Sequence record: DRR378314_251
Length of the DNA stretch: 64,000 nucleotides
Reading direction: 5' to 3' (one strand)
In this document: positions 37,425 through 47,527 of the stretch, piece by piece
How positions within the stretch are numbered: position 1 is the stretch's first letter
Layout: every line of letters starts with the position of its first letter
Translations under genes and position numbers: made by a program
The notes under the pieces: generated by a model
What the model was told of the DNA's origin: nothing
Database searches by the model: none
Seen by the model: only the letters and a program-made list of their open reading frames with translations

Positions 37425-39008
37425 ATGAGCGACTCTTATAGACTCCCTCAACGTCCGCACGCCCCTGCCTTGCGCTGGCTCATACTCATTGGGTTATCGG
37501 TCGCGGTACTTGGCGACGGATTGAATGGCGCACTATACAGTGTAGCCCGCGTGCAAATGATGGGCGCACTGCATGCGACATTTGATGAGATCACCTGGAT
37601 AAACATTTCCTATCTGGCAGCGAAGCTCACCGCGTTCCCGATAGCAGGATACTGGACAAAGCGACTTGGCGCCGGACCTGTCGTCTGGATATCACTTGGA
37701 GCGACCGTTCTGGCTTCAATTCTGATCCTTCCTCAGATTCCGCTCGCTATTATCATCGCAGTCCGCTTCCTTGAGGGGCTTGCAGGCGCCTTTCTCCTCG
37801 TGTCAGCGCAAGCAATTCTCTTCTCAATCTATACTCGACGGTCACAAGGCGTGGTCCAGGCAGTCTTTGCCCTGTCAATTGTCATGGCGCCGGTCACGGC
37901 GATCCCCGCAGTGCATGGATGGCTGGTGGAGCTTGACATCTGGAAAGCGGCCTTTGCGGGCAGCGCCATCTTCCCCATCATCGCCTTTCCTATGCTGACA
38001 GGCCTGGCAAAGCTTCGGAATAACCGCCCCCTACCTCAACGCGCTTTCGACTGGATAGGATTCATACTGTTTGCATCAATCATCGGGGTAGCAACATATG
38101 TTCTCCTGGAAGGTCACAGGTGGAACTGGTTCGAAGCTGCGCATATTGGTCAGCTTACAGCAGCTCTATGTGTCGGTGTCATGCTCCTCCTGTTCTGGAT
38201 CTTTATACGCGGGGATAGATTAGAACTTCTAGACGTATCCGTTTTCCGCAATCCCGATTTTTCTTTTGGAGCGGTCGTCAGCCTCGTCGCCGGCTTCGCG
38301 CTTTTCGGCAGCGCTTTTCTCATACCGGCCTTTGCCATGAAAGGATTGGGTTTGACGCCTTATCACACGGGCCTTCTGGTTGCGCCTTCAGCCATTGCTG
38401 TGGCAGGTGGACTGTTATTGGCAGGGCTCCTTGTCACACTCCGCCAGCTCTCCCCCTTCCGGTTTGTTCCAATTGGAATTGCGTTCTTTCTGACCTCTCT
38501 CTGGATGCTGGCTGAGACAGGTCCTCAGAGTGGCACACACGATATGGGACTTGCGCTCATGCTCCGCGGGTTTGGATTTGGCCTGCTTTTTCTATCCATC
38601 ACAATTATCACACTCAACCGGCTTTCCCCCAAACAAGCACCGACTGGAATCGGTCTTTTTAGTTTTGGCCGACAGGCAGGCGGCATCGCAGGCGTATCCT
38701 GGTTGAGCACGCAACTTGATTACGGCATTGCCATGCATCGCAATCAGACTGGGAGCTATCTAAACCCCTCAGATCCACTCTTTCAGGAGCGGATGGCCAG
38801 CTTGACACATGTAATGACACAACAGGGTATCGACCCTTCCCAAGCGTCTGACGCGGCCGCACTCTCCATGCAACACATGCTATCTGAGCAAGTTGCGATA
38901 CTCGCTTTCAATGACGCGTTTCTGCTTCTGTTTGGCGCGTTCATTGCGGCAGTGCCCTGCATCCTGATGTTCAAACTCGCTCAGAAAAAAGCAGGCTGGG
39001 TGAATTGA
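37425..39008 (+). CDS. DHA2 family MFS efflux permease (EmrB-like)
   Basis: DEITWINISY, FDWIG, LEGHRWNWF, AFNDAF; about 14 TM. Confidence 0.92.
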   Translation: MSDSYRLPQRPHAPALRWLILIGLSVAVLGDGLNGALYSVARVQMMGALHATFDEITWINISYLAAKLTAFPIAGYWTKRLGAGPVVWISLGATVLASILILPQIPLAIIIAVRFLEGLAGAFLLVSAQAILFSIYTRRSQGVVQAVFALSIVMAPVTAIPAVHGWLVELDIWKAAFAGSAIFPIIAFPMLTGLAKLRNNRPLPQRAFDWIGFILFASIIGVATYVLLEGHRWNWFEAAHIGQLTAALCVGVMLLLFWIFIRGDRLELLDVSVFRNPDFSFGAVVSLVAGFALFGSAFLIPAFAMKGLGLTPYHTGLLVAPSAIAVAGGLLLAGLLVTLRQLSPFRFVPIGIAFFLTSLWMLAETGPQSGTHDMGLALMLRGFGFGLLFLSITIITLNRLSPKQAPTGIGLFSFGRQAGGIAGVSWLSTQLDYGIAMHRNQTGSYLNPSDPLFQERMASLTHVMTQQGIDPSQASDAAALSMQHMLSEQVAILAFNDAFLLLFGAFIAAVPCILMFKLAQKKAGWVN

Positions 39009-39161
39009 ATGCCTTTACCGGCGCACAGTCCGAGACAATGCGATTGCCTGCAAAAGGCTGAACACACTGTTCGTAAATGTAGCCTACCGGCCAGACGAGA
39101 GCATTCGTATGCTCATCGGATGAGCTTCCAGTATCATAGGTATTTTCCCATCTGGAGCGCG

Positions 39162-40058
39162 GTGGTCCTGAAACGGGTTTTCGTTTTGGCATCCTTGGCG
39201 CTGTGTGCTTGCAGCTCCACGCCGAGCGCGAAAACCAAACTGGATGCTCACGCCTACGCGCTCGCCCAGACACGCGTTCATTCTCTGCAGGCCAGGAATG
39301 GTACCGCCTACTCAGTCTCTGTCGCATTACCTTTGGAATATGACCCCGCAAGTGACAGGACCTATCCTGTTCTATACGTTCTTGACGGCCGTATTCTCTT
39401 CGCTCCGACTGTCGCTGCTTACCAGGCCCAACGGTTCGGACGAGCCCCTGATCCTGTGATTATCGTTGGAATAGACTACGCAGAATCCCTTTCCGAACGA
39501 GCCTGGATGGCCCGGCGTTCCGAAGATCTGACACCCAATAATCTCCCCAAGGAAGACAAGGCTTTTGGCGAAGCGTTCGGACGTCCGGTAAGAACGGGTG
39601 GCGCGCCAAGCTTCCGGCAGTTTCTGGCTGAACAGGTCATACCATTCGTGGAGCAATCCTATTCATCTGGCCCGTCTCGCGGCCTTTTCGGATTTTCACT
39701 CGCTGGCCTGTTCGCGACCCAAGAGCTCTATCGCGAGGGCCGGTTGTTCGACAAATATGCAATATCCAGTGCGGCCCTCTGGTGGAATGATTTCGACGCC
39801 TTGCAGAGCGCGAATGATGGACTTGCCGGCGATACCTGCCTGAACGTTCTGATCACCTACGGAGGAAGCGAAGTGTCCGACATCATCGATCCTGCCAACA
39901 CGCTATTTCAATCCTTGGCAAATGGACTGAATGACGTTTCAAGCGTCAGCCTGCGGGCTTTCGAGGATGAAGATCATATGAGCGTGGTATCGGCTACCGC
40001 CAGCCATGTTATCCGTACTCTGTATCAAAAGGGAGCGCCCTGCAGCCACGACCCATGA
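39162..40058 (+). CDS. Alpha/beta hydrolase esterase lipoprotein (IroE/BesA-like)
   Basis: Lipobox LCAC; YPVLYVLDG, IIVGIDY, DLTP, TGGA, GFSLAG, EDH; start uncertain. Confidence 0.85.
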   Translation: MVLKRVFVLASLALCACSSTPSAKTKLDAHAYALAQTRVHSLQARNGTAYSVSVALPLEYDPASDRTYPVLYVLDGRILFAPTVAAYQAQRFGRAPDPVIIVGIDYAESLSERAWMARRSEDLTPNNLPKEDKAFGEAFGRPVRTGGAPSFRQFLAEQVIPFVEQSYSSGPSRGLFGFSLAGLFATQELYREGRLFDKYAISSAALWWNDFDALQSANDGLAGDTCLNVLITYGGSEVSDIIDPANTLFQSLANGLNDVSSVSLRAFEDEDHMSVVSATASHVIRTLYQKGAPCSHDP

Positions 40059-40152
40059 CGATTAAATTCATCAATTGGGTGGGCTGCTGGGCTCTTGGTA
40101 TAGGCATGTGTTTGCCGTCACGAATTCTGGCTCCACGATATTGAATTTATTT

Positions 40153-41214
40153 TCAATTCGATTCCGGCGCACGCAGCACAATACTGTCCGGATGGCTACG
40201 GTCTGTCTCTATTCCTACCGTCAGCTCAAGAAAGGCTATCAATGCCTGCGGATCATCAATATCAAATGTCCCGGTAAACTTCATGGATGCCAAAGCCTCG
40301 TCCTCCAGCGAGATCGGGTGTCTGGTATAGCGATTGTACTCGGCAACAATCTCATCAAGCCGAGTTCGACGAAATATAAGTTCGCGGCTCCGCCAGCTTG
40401 TCTCGACGGATAGATCCGCAGCTTCGGGTCGGATGTTTCTATCTCGGGAAAGAGCCACTTTCTCACCAGCTCGCAGCCGGAATGGCGCACGCTCTTCTTG
40501 CACCGGTCCCGTCATTGTTACCACGGGGCGAGTCGGAGCAATTTCAATAACGCCTTCCACGACGACAACTTTCAAGCCTTCAGGTGCCCGATAGACAGTA
40601 AAGGCCGTTCCGATGGCCTCTACCTCGTGGTCTCCGGCCCGGACTCTGAATGGTCGCTCAGGGTCCTTGGCGACATCAAATAGGGCCTCACCCCGTTCAA
40701 GCATGACAAGCCTCTGCTGGTCGCCCAAATGCACGGAAACTTCTGAATCAGTATTGAGATAAATTACTGAACCATCTTCCAAAGGAACTGTTCGTTGTTC
40801 TCCGGTGAGCGTGGCATAGACATGGGCCTGCTGGGGAGCCATCTTGCCTGAAGGAATACCCAGATTCGATGCCAGGATGACGAGCAGAGCCACAGCGGCA
40901 GCAATTGGAGCGATCTTTATCATTCTTCGCCGCGCGGCTGGCTTCGCGATTTCGACAGTTGCCTCATTCTGCATCAGCGGTATGACAGTATCAGCCTTTT
41001 CTCCCAACACCCGCTTCAGAGCCTCCGATCGGGCTTCAGGAAGGTCTGACACGACTTGAACGAGGGCCGCTGCGAGGAGAAATTCCTGAACATGATCGGG
41101 CGACCGTGAGAGCCAATCAGCCAGGTCAACATTGCCCTTCCCGGTAAGATCACCCTCATCCAGCTGAACCACCCAGTCAGCCGCCTCTTCTGCGATTTGA
41201 CGATTGATAGTCAT
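40153..41214 (-). CDS. FecR family anti-sigma factor
   Basis: EAADWVV...WLSRSPDH, TM helix, LEDGSVIYLNT, GEALFDVAKDPERPF, AIGTAF. Confidence 0.95.
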   Translation of the reverse strand: MTINRQIAEEAADWVVQLDEGDLTGKGNVDLADWLSRSPDHVQEFLLAAALVQVVSDLPEARSEALKRVLGEKADTVIPLMQNEATVEIAKPAARRRMIKIAPIAAAVALLVILASNLGIPSGKMAPQQAHVYATLTGEQRTVPLEDGSVIYLNTDSEVSVHLGDQQRLVMLERGEALFDVAKDPERPFRVRAGDHEVEAIGTAFTVYRAPEGLKVVVVEGVIEIAPTRPVVTMTGPVQEERAPFRLRAGEKVALSRDRNIRPEAADLSVETSWRSRELIFRRTRLDEIVAEYNRYTRHPISLEDEALASMKFTGTFDIDDPQALIAFLELTVGIETDRSHPDSIVLRAPESN

Positions 41215-41750
41215 GAATTTGGCTCCGCCAGGCGAATTCGGCAGGCTGTGATCGCCTTTGTCAGGTATTTTTTTACGGTGTGCGGAGAAACGCCGAGCTG
41301 CTCGGCTATTTCATCGCGGGTAAAGCCGTCCCGCTTGCTCATAATCAGAATCTTGCCTTGCAAGGGCGGGAGGTCAGCCAATACCTCATCAAGGCGACTG
41401 AGCTCAAAGCGCCTGTCCATTCGGGCATCAAATTCGGTATCACTCAACTTGGCCAGCGGTGACGCATCGTCATCGACCAGGGTGGGCTCCCGTTTCTGAT
41501 GGAGCGACAATTCGTAAACAAGATTGGTCGCAATCCGAAACAGATAGGCTTCAGGCTTCTCTATGACCTTTTCTTTGCGAACCCTGAGAAACCTCAAATA
41601 TGTTTCCTGCACCAGATCAGAAGCATCCGCATCATTGCCAAGTTTTTTCAATAACAAGCCATAGAGCCTCGGCGCAAACTCCTGAAATGGAAATTTGCGC
41701 TGGAGGTTCCGGTCCCCCTGACCGGACGCATTGGCCTGATTTGCTCCCAC
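41211..41750 (-). CDS. ECF sigma factor (FecI-like)
   Basis: DASDLVQETYLR, AYLFRIATNL, EIAEQLGVSPHTVKKYL; GGAGG before GTG 41750; 4-nt overlap with fecR. Confidence 0.93.
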   Translation of the reverse strand: MGANQANASGQGDRNLQRKFPFQEFAPRLYGLLLKKLGNDADASDLVQETYLRFLRVRKEKVIEKPEAYLFRIATNLVYELSLHQKREPTLVDDDASPLAKLSDTEFDARMDRRFELSRLDEVLADLPPLQGKILIMSKRDGFTRDEIAEQLGVSPHTVKKYLTKAITACRIRLAEPNS

Positions 41751-41961
41751 ATTGCCTCCTGAATCGCGCAATTTGGCTCTGCAACGAAATTCTGCGTCAC
41801 TATAAGAGTGGTTGAACAACAAAAAGAGGGTACACCCCCAATAAAACAATCAGAAATCCTACAAAAACATACCCCCTTTTCGTCAACCACCCCTCTTCCT
41901 ACCCATCAGCCATCCAGCCATGCCGTCGCTGGAATGGCGTCATGAGGGGAATTAAGAAACC

Positions 41962-44900
41962 ATGCCCAAAAGATCCCATGCCAGCCTTGCAGTCCTGGCA
42001 GCTGTCCTGCTCGCCGCCCCAGCCATCGCTCAGGCTCCGCCGAGTGAGCTGGCTGAAACGCACACGATAGCTGTCCCAGAACTCCCGCTTGACGAGGCGC
42101 TGACTGAACTAGGCCGGCAGATTGGACTACAGATCATTGTCTTTGCCGATGATTCCGGAGAGCGCATGTCTCCCCCACTCGAGGGGTCGCTTTCTGGAAA
42201 TGATGCGCTGTCTGCCATGCTCGACGGAACCGGGCTCATTGTGAAACAGGTGGACGACTCGACCTTGGCTGTCGGCACAAAAGCGCGCCTCGACCCGGCA
42301 GACGAGGCCGGAAGTGGTTCATATGGCACCACGGAGGAGCCGGGAGAACCTATCGTTTCTCCTGGCACAGAAAGTAAGGACTCCTCCGCCACACCATTGA
42401 ACCCCATTCCGATTGAATCGACCGAACCGGCAAACGCGCCGGATAGCGATCTTGTAGCAGACCGTATTCTCGTGACTGGAACGCGCATCAGGGGGGCAGC
42501 CCCCGTTGGTGCGCCCCTGACCACTCTCAGTGCTGAGGACATTCTACGCTCCGGTTACGGAACCGCATCTGAAATCCTCTCCGATCTGCCTCAAAATTTT
42601 GGGGGCGACTCCAAGGAGGAGATTGTTGTTACCGATGCGGGAGGATCTAATCTCAGTGGATCAGCCGGTGTAAATCTGAGGGGGCTTGGTGCCTCATCGA
42701 CCCTGACGCTCGTCAATGGTCGCCGGCTCGCCCAGAACGGTGGAACCAATGGCAGTTTTGCCGACATCTCATCCATCCCCGTTTCGGCCATCGAGCGTGT
42801 TGAAATCCTGACAGATGGGGCATCGGCTATTTACGGGTCGGACGCTATTTCAGGAGTCGTCAATTTCATCCTCAAGGAAGACTATGAGGGGGCAGAAACA
42901 AGCCTTCGATATAGTGACACAAGCCGGGGCGGTGCCAATGATGTCCGGTTCAGCCAGAGTTTTGGCAAGGCTTGGAATAGCGGAAACGTGTTCTTCAACT
43001 ATGAATACTATTCACGCAACAATCTGCGTAATGAAGATCGCCCCTTTACGAGTTCGGTAGATCTTACGCCTCTTGGCGGTGATGATTTTCGGGTGCAGTC
43101 TGCTGCAAACCCTGGGACGATTATCGTTCCGGTGCTGGCCGCCATTCCCACAGGTCAGGACGGCACGTCATTGACGCCAGCGGACCTAATCCTGGGTCAG
43201 GCCAACCTCTTTGATACGGCAAAGAACCGGGATTTGCTCAAAGAACAGGAACGGAACAGTGTTTACATACACCTGAATCAGGACCTGTCTGCAAATACGA
43301 AAATCTTCGCGGAGCTACGCGCCTCCGAGCGCTCATATGAAGGCCTGCTAGGGGGAGACAACTTGGCCGGTCAATTGGTGACTGCTGCTCATCCCTATTA
43401 TGTGTCTCCGGCACCTGATCTCGGATACATCTTCATCAACTATGATCTGACTGAGGATCTGGGGGTTGAGGTTGCCGGCGGTGATGTCACAAGCGTAGCT
43501 GGCGCCGTCGGTCTGGATCGCAAGTTCGCAAATGGATGGCGGTTGGACACATTTGCCTCATATGTGCGTGATGAATCGACCTTCCTCCAGAGTTCTGCCG
43601 ATCGTGGGCGCGTAAACGAGGCCCTCGGTCTGACAGACCTCGATCCGAACTTCGATCCGCTCATTGATGGCTATTTTAATCCGTTTGGAGATGGATCCAA
43701 TACGCCACAAAACGTACTGGACTATATTGGCGCGGGTTACTCCGGAAACGACACGACTTCTGAGGGATGGTCCATTAACGCCATGGTCGATGGAGATCTG
43801 TTTTCCATGCCTGGCGGTTTTGCAAAATTCGCAACGGGTGCAGAGATACGCGGTGAGACATTTGAAAAGACGTCTTATGGGGCAAATCTCGGTGAGTATT
43901 CTGAAATTACTGATTTCAGTATAGACCGGGAAGTCACAGCCGTCTTTGCAGAAATCTTTCTGCCATTTGTAGGCCCTGACAATGCCCGAGACGGGGTCCA
44001 ACGCCTGGAGGCAAGCGCTGCCATCCGATATGAGGATTACAGCGACTTCGGGAACACGACAAATCCGAAAATCGGTTTGTCCTGGCAACCCGTTACCGAC
44101 CTGACATTCCGCGGCACATGGGGCACATCGTTCAAGGCACCACGCCTCAATGATCTGGTCCCGGACCCTTATCTGTCATCCGGTGTATTCTCCCTTCCAG
44201 ATCCGCTCTCGACCAGCGGTTCTTCCACGCTTCTCCTGATTCAAGGCGCAAATCCTGATCTGGAAGCGGAGACGTCAACAGCGTGGACAGCAGGATTTGA
44301 CTACCGTCCCTCATGGATTGAGAATAGTTCGCTTGAGATCACCTATTTTGATATCTCTTTTGATGATCGTATCGGGGTCATTCCAGGCTCTTTTACAAAC
44401 CTTCTGACCGATCCGGCGTTCACGGCAATTATTGATCGCTCGCCAGACGCAAATGCGATTGCGCCCTATTTTGACTCTCCCTTTCCGTTCTTTTCAGACA
44501 GTGTCGGAATAACCGGTCCCGGCGATATTCAAGTGGTGGCGGACATCAGGCCGCAGAACCTTGCGTCAACTCATGTAAATGGAATCGATGCAAAGGCAGA
44601 ATATTCAACCGGCTTGAGTGGAGGAGATCTCCGACTGGATCTTAATGCGAACTATCTGTTCGAATTTGTCCAGTCGGCCGCTCCCGGAATCCCTGAGGAA
44701 GACCTTTCCGGCACGCCTGGAAGGCCGGCCAATATCCGTGCCAGGCTGGATGCGTCCTGGTCCAGAGACGCATGGCAATTCGGTGGAAGCCTTAATTACA
44801 CAGGCGGTTACGACGATGATACATCCACCCCGACACGCGATGTCGACAATTATACTACTACGGACTTGGTCGTGAGCTGGACATCCGACACCGAATCCGA

Positions 44901-45048
44901 CTGGTTGTCCGGCATTCGGGCCGCATTCAATGTCTACAATGTGTTTGATGAAGACCCGCCATTTGTGAATCAGCCCCTTGGCTATGATCCTGCAAATGCC
45001 GACCCATATGGCCGCATCTTTGCCATCAGCTTGTCGAAGGCTTGGTAA
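41962..45048 (+). CDS. TonB-dependent transducer (receptor with N-terminal STN signalling domain)
   Basis: Signal peptide, PLDEALTELGRQIGL STN, ILVTGTR, NLRGLG, IERVEILTDGASAIYGSDA, C-terminal Trp. Confidence 0.95.
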   Translation: MPKRSHASLAVLAAVLLAAPAIAQAPPSELAETHTIAVPELPLDEALTELGRQIGLQIIVFADDSGERMSPPLEGSLSGNDALSAMLDGTGLIVKQVDDSTLAVGTKARLDPADEAGSGSYGTTEEPGEPIVSPGTESKDSSATPLNPIPIESTEPANAPDSDLVADRILVTGTRIRGAAPVGAPLTTLSAEDILRSGYGTASEILSDLPQNFGGDSKEEIVVTDAGGSNLSGSAGVNLRGLGASSTLTLVNGRRLAQNGGTNGSFADISSIPVSAIERVEILTDGASAIYGSDAISGVVNFILKEDYEGAETSLRYSDTSRGGANDVRFSQSFGKAWNSGNVFFNYEYYSRNNLRNEDRPFTSSVDLTPLGGDDFRVQSAANPGTIIVPVLAAIPTGQDGTSLTPADLILGQANLFDTAKNRDLLKEQERNSVYIHLNQDLSANTKIFAELRASERSYEGLLGGDNLAGQLVTAAHPYYVSPAPDLGYIFINYDLTEDLGVEVAGGDVTSVAGAVGLDRKFANGWRLDTFASYVRDESTFLQSSADRGRVNEALGLTDLDPNFDPLIDGYFNPFGDGSNTPQNVLDYIGAGYSGNDTTSEGWSINAMVDGDLFSMPGGFAKFATGAEIRGETFEKTSYGANLGEYSEITDFSIDREVTAVFAEIFLPFVGPDNARDGVQRLEASAAIRYEDYSDFGNTTNPKIGLSWQPVTDLTFRGTWGTSFKAPRLNDLVPDPYLSSGVFSLPDPLSTSGSSTLLLIQGANPDLEAETSTAWTAGFDYRPSWIENSSLEITYFDISFDDRIGVIPGSFTNLLTDPAFTAIIDRSPDANAIAPYFDSPFPFFSDSVGITGPGDIQVVADIRPQNLASTHVNGIDAKAEYSTGLSGGDLRLDLNANYLFEFVQSAAPGIPEEDLSGTPGRPANIRARLDASWSRDAWQFGGSLNYTGGYDDDTSTPTRDVDNYTTTDLVVSWTSDTESDWLSGIRAAFNVYNVFDEDPPFVNQPLGYDPANADPYGRIFAISLSKAW

Positions 45049-45050
45049 TA

Positions 45051-47522
45051 ATGGTCCCCCTGGCACAATCAGGCGCAGCCCGTGCGGCAGGACTGCCTCA
45101 CCGCCTGCATAAAACGCCCCTGCGCCTGATTGTGCATACTTGTCTAGTTCTGAGTCTGGTCATGCTTACAGCCTGCACGCCGTCTCAGCCCGCACAGAAA
45201 AAGCAAAACCGGCTCGATCTGTCAGTTCAGTGCCCGACCCAGACGCCCTTCACAGTGAAGGACGAAGTGGAACTGAGGCGGCTGTCCGATCCTGACATGC
45301 TGACCGCTTCCTATATGCCGGCCCAGTTCAAACAGTCTCCAGATGGTCGGCATGTCCTCTTGGTCGACCAGATTGCATCAGCGAGAAACGGACATATCAG
45401 AAGCCGTTTGCTGGTCCATGAAATGGAGGCGGTTGAAGCCTATGCGCGGAAGGCGGCAGAGCGCCCCCTTCCGCGCATCCTTGTTGAGCATGAACGCGGG
45501 GATACGGAAGCGTACAATGCATTCGAATCCAAGGTTTGGAACCGAATGCGGACATCTGCCATCCTTCAGGCCCGATGGCTTGATAATGAGACGATTACAT
45601 ATCTGGGGGACCAGCCTGGAAAGGCCCGGCAGCTATACTCAATAAACATCGTCACCGGAGAAACTGAACAGCTCACAGACAACCCGCGAAGCCTTGTTGA
45701 TTACGCCCTGGCAAAAGACAGCGAGCGCTTTGTCTTTGCCACAAGCGTTCCAGCCATCCAGCCGGAACTCGGGAAACGACACTATTTGGTGGAAACACGG
45801 CGCCTGGTTTTTCTGCGTGACTATTCCGCATCCGAAGATCCTATGCCCTGGCTTCAGTTTTTTTCCGGTGAGCTTGGTCAACCTGATCGTACGCGCGCGA
45901 TTGGAGACCCGTTTTCGGGTATCGTACTCCTCAATGTGTCACCTGATGGACGCCACGCAATAGCTGTCATGCGCCCGTTCAAAGAAAACAGTCCGCAACT
46001 GGCGGACATGTTTGACCGCTTTCCTCAGCTCCTGGACGATGCGCCGTATCTCGCCTGGTCGAAAGAACAGTTTGATCCTTACACAATGCACCCGATCGAC
46101 GCCGGTGTGGAACAGTATCAATTGTTGGACTTGGAAACAGATACCATCACACCCCTGGTCAATGCTCCCAAGCGAACAACTTCTCTCCAATCCATGGAAT
46201 CCTTGCTAGCCTGGTCACCCAGGGGTCAGTCGGTGGTTGTGTCAAACGTCTATCTCCAGAAAACAGACCAACAGCCTCATAACGCCGCCATTATTGTCAG
46301 AGACCTGGAAGCGGCTTCCACAGACATCCTGATCTCGCATGACGCGCTTGACGCCTTGGCCGGCCATACCGTCGGATCTCCTAAGCTGGACTGGCTAGCG
46401 GACGATACGATTGTGGTTTCGTTTGAGGACACTCGCGCCCTCTTCCAGAGGAGTGAAGACGGAAACTGGCACATGCTTGAAACAGAAGGCGAAGTCCAGG
46501 GCAGAACGTCTGACAATCTGACTGCGAGGGTATCGCTGACCCTCAAGCAATCTCTCTCCGAACCACCGGCCGTCATGGCTCAAATTGCAGGAGTGGAAGA
46601 AGCTCGCCTTCTCGACCCCATCTCTCCGCAGCTTGCCTGCAAGATGCTGGGACAGGTCCGCACATACAGCTGGTCGGGTCCAGACGGATCAGAATGGGAG
46701 GGCGGGCTTATCTACCCCGTCGGCTACACGCCTGAACAGAGGTATGGACTTGTGGTTCAAACCAGCGGCTACAGCAAATCCCGGTATCTGATCGGCGGAA
46801 TGCGCGGATCCGCAGCGCCAACACCGCCCTATGCCGCACAGGCTCTTGCGAACCGTGGCATGTTTGTCCTGGTCCTTTCGCCACATGCTGGCGGTGGCCG
46901 GGAGGAGTTGACAAAGTTCCGGAGGGGCGTTGAAGCTGGCATCAACAGTCTTGACGCAGCGGGCCTCATCGACCGGAGCCGTGTCGGTGTTGCGGGATAT
47001 AGCCGGACCGGCCTTTACGTCGGCGACCTGCTTACTTTCAGCGACATTGATTTTGCTGCTGCTGTGACTTCGGACTCCACGGCGCTTTCATTTGATACGC
47101 TGAATGCGGCCTTCGGCTCTAGCCTGATGAATGACATCGAGGGGCTGACCGGGAGCCAGCCTTGGGGAGATTCCCTTCCAGACTTCGTTGAGCACTTTCC
47201 GCTTTTGCACACAGATCAGGTCTCAACGCCGCTGCGTATTGAGGAATTCAATCCCTACGGATCCTCCTGGTACAATTACTACACTTTGCTTCGTATGCAG
47301 CATAAACCAGTAGAGATGGAAATCTTCCCCTATGGGTCTCACCCCCTTGCCTTCCCTGCAGACCAGTTCCGTTCCGGGCAGACAAGTGTCGACTGGTTCG
47401 CCTACTGGCTGAATGGAGAACGCCGAGTTGAGCCGCAGTCCGGAACATCGGAAACAGTACAGAACTTGAAGGCTCAATATGAGCGCTGGGACAGACTCCG
47501 GGACATGTCTTCCGACCCCTAG
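45051..47522 (+). CDS. S9 peptidase lipoprotein, AtxE2-like (lasso peptide isopeptidase family)
   Basis: Lipobox LTAC; FTVKDEVE N-terminus; GYSRTG nucleophile; GSH; C-terminal VDWFAYWL...AQYERWDRLR recalled from AtxE2-like proteins. Confidence 0.75.
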   Translation: MVPLAQSGAARAAGLPHRLHKTPLRLIVHTCLVLSLVMLTACTPSQPAQKKQNRLDLSVQCPTQTPFTVKDEVELRRLSDPDMLTASYMPAQFKQSPDGRHVLLVDQIASARNGHIRSRLLVHEMEAVEAYARKAAERPLPRILVEHERGDTEAYNAFESKVWNRMRTSAILQARWLDNETITYLGDQPGKARQLYSINIVTGETEQLTDNPRSLVDYALAKDSERFVFATSVPAIQPELGKRHYLVETRRLVFLRDYSASEDPMPWLQFFSGELGQPDRTRAIGDPFSGIVLLNVSPDGRHAIAVMRPFKENSPQLADMFDRFPQLLDDAPYLAWSKEQFDPYTMHPIDAGVEQYQLLDLETDTITPLVNAPKRTTSLQSMESLLAWSPRGQSVVVSNVYLQKTDQQPHNAAIIVRDLEAASTDILISHDALDALAGHTVGSPKLDWLADDTIVVSFEDTRALFQRSEDGNWHMLETEGEVQGRTSDNLTARVSLTLKQSLSEPPAVMAQIAGVEEARLLDPISPQLACKMLGQVRTYSWSGPDGSEWEGGLIYPVGYTPEQRYGLVVQTSGYSKSRYLIGGMRGSAAPTPPYAAQALANRGMFVLVLSPHAGGGREELTKFRRGVEAGINSLDAAGLIDRSRVGVAGYSRTGLYVGDLLTFSDIDFAAAVTSDSTALSFDTLNAAFGSSLMNDIEGLTGSQPWGDSLPDFVEHFPLLHTDQVSTPLRIEEFNPYGSSWYNYYTLLRMQHKPVEMEIFPYGSHPLAFPADQFRSGQTSVDWFAYWLNGERRVEPQSGTSETVQNLKAQYERWDRLRDMSSDP

Positions 47523-47527
47523 CTGGT

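Noticed and set aside
40059-47527. Lasso peptide precursor near the isopeptidase module
   Set aside because: No small ORF with a Thr(-2) leader and Gly/Asp-Glu core pattern seen by eye; intergenic gaps are short
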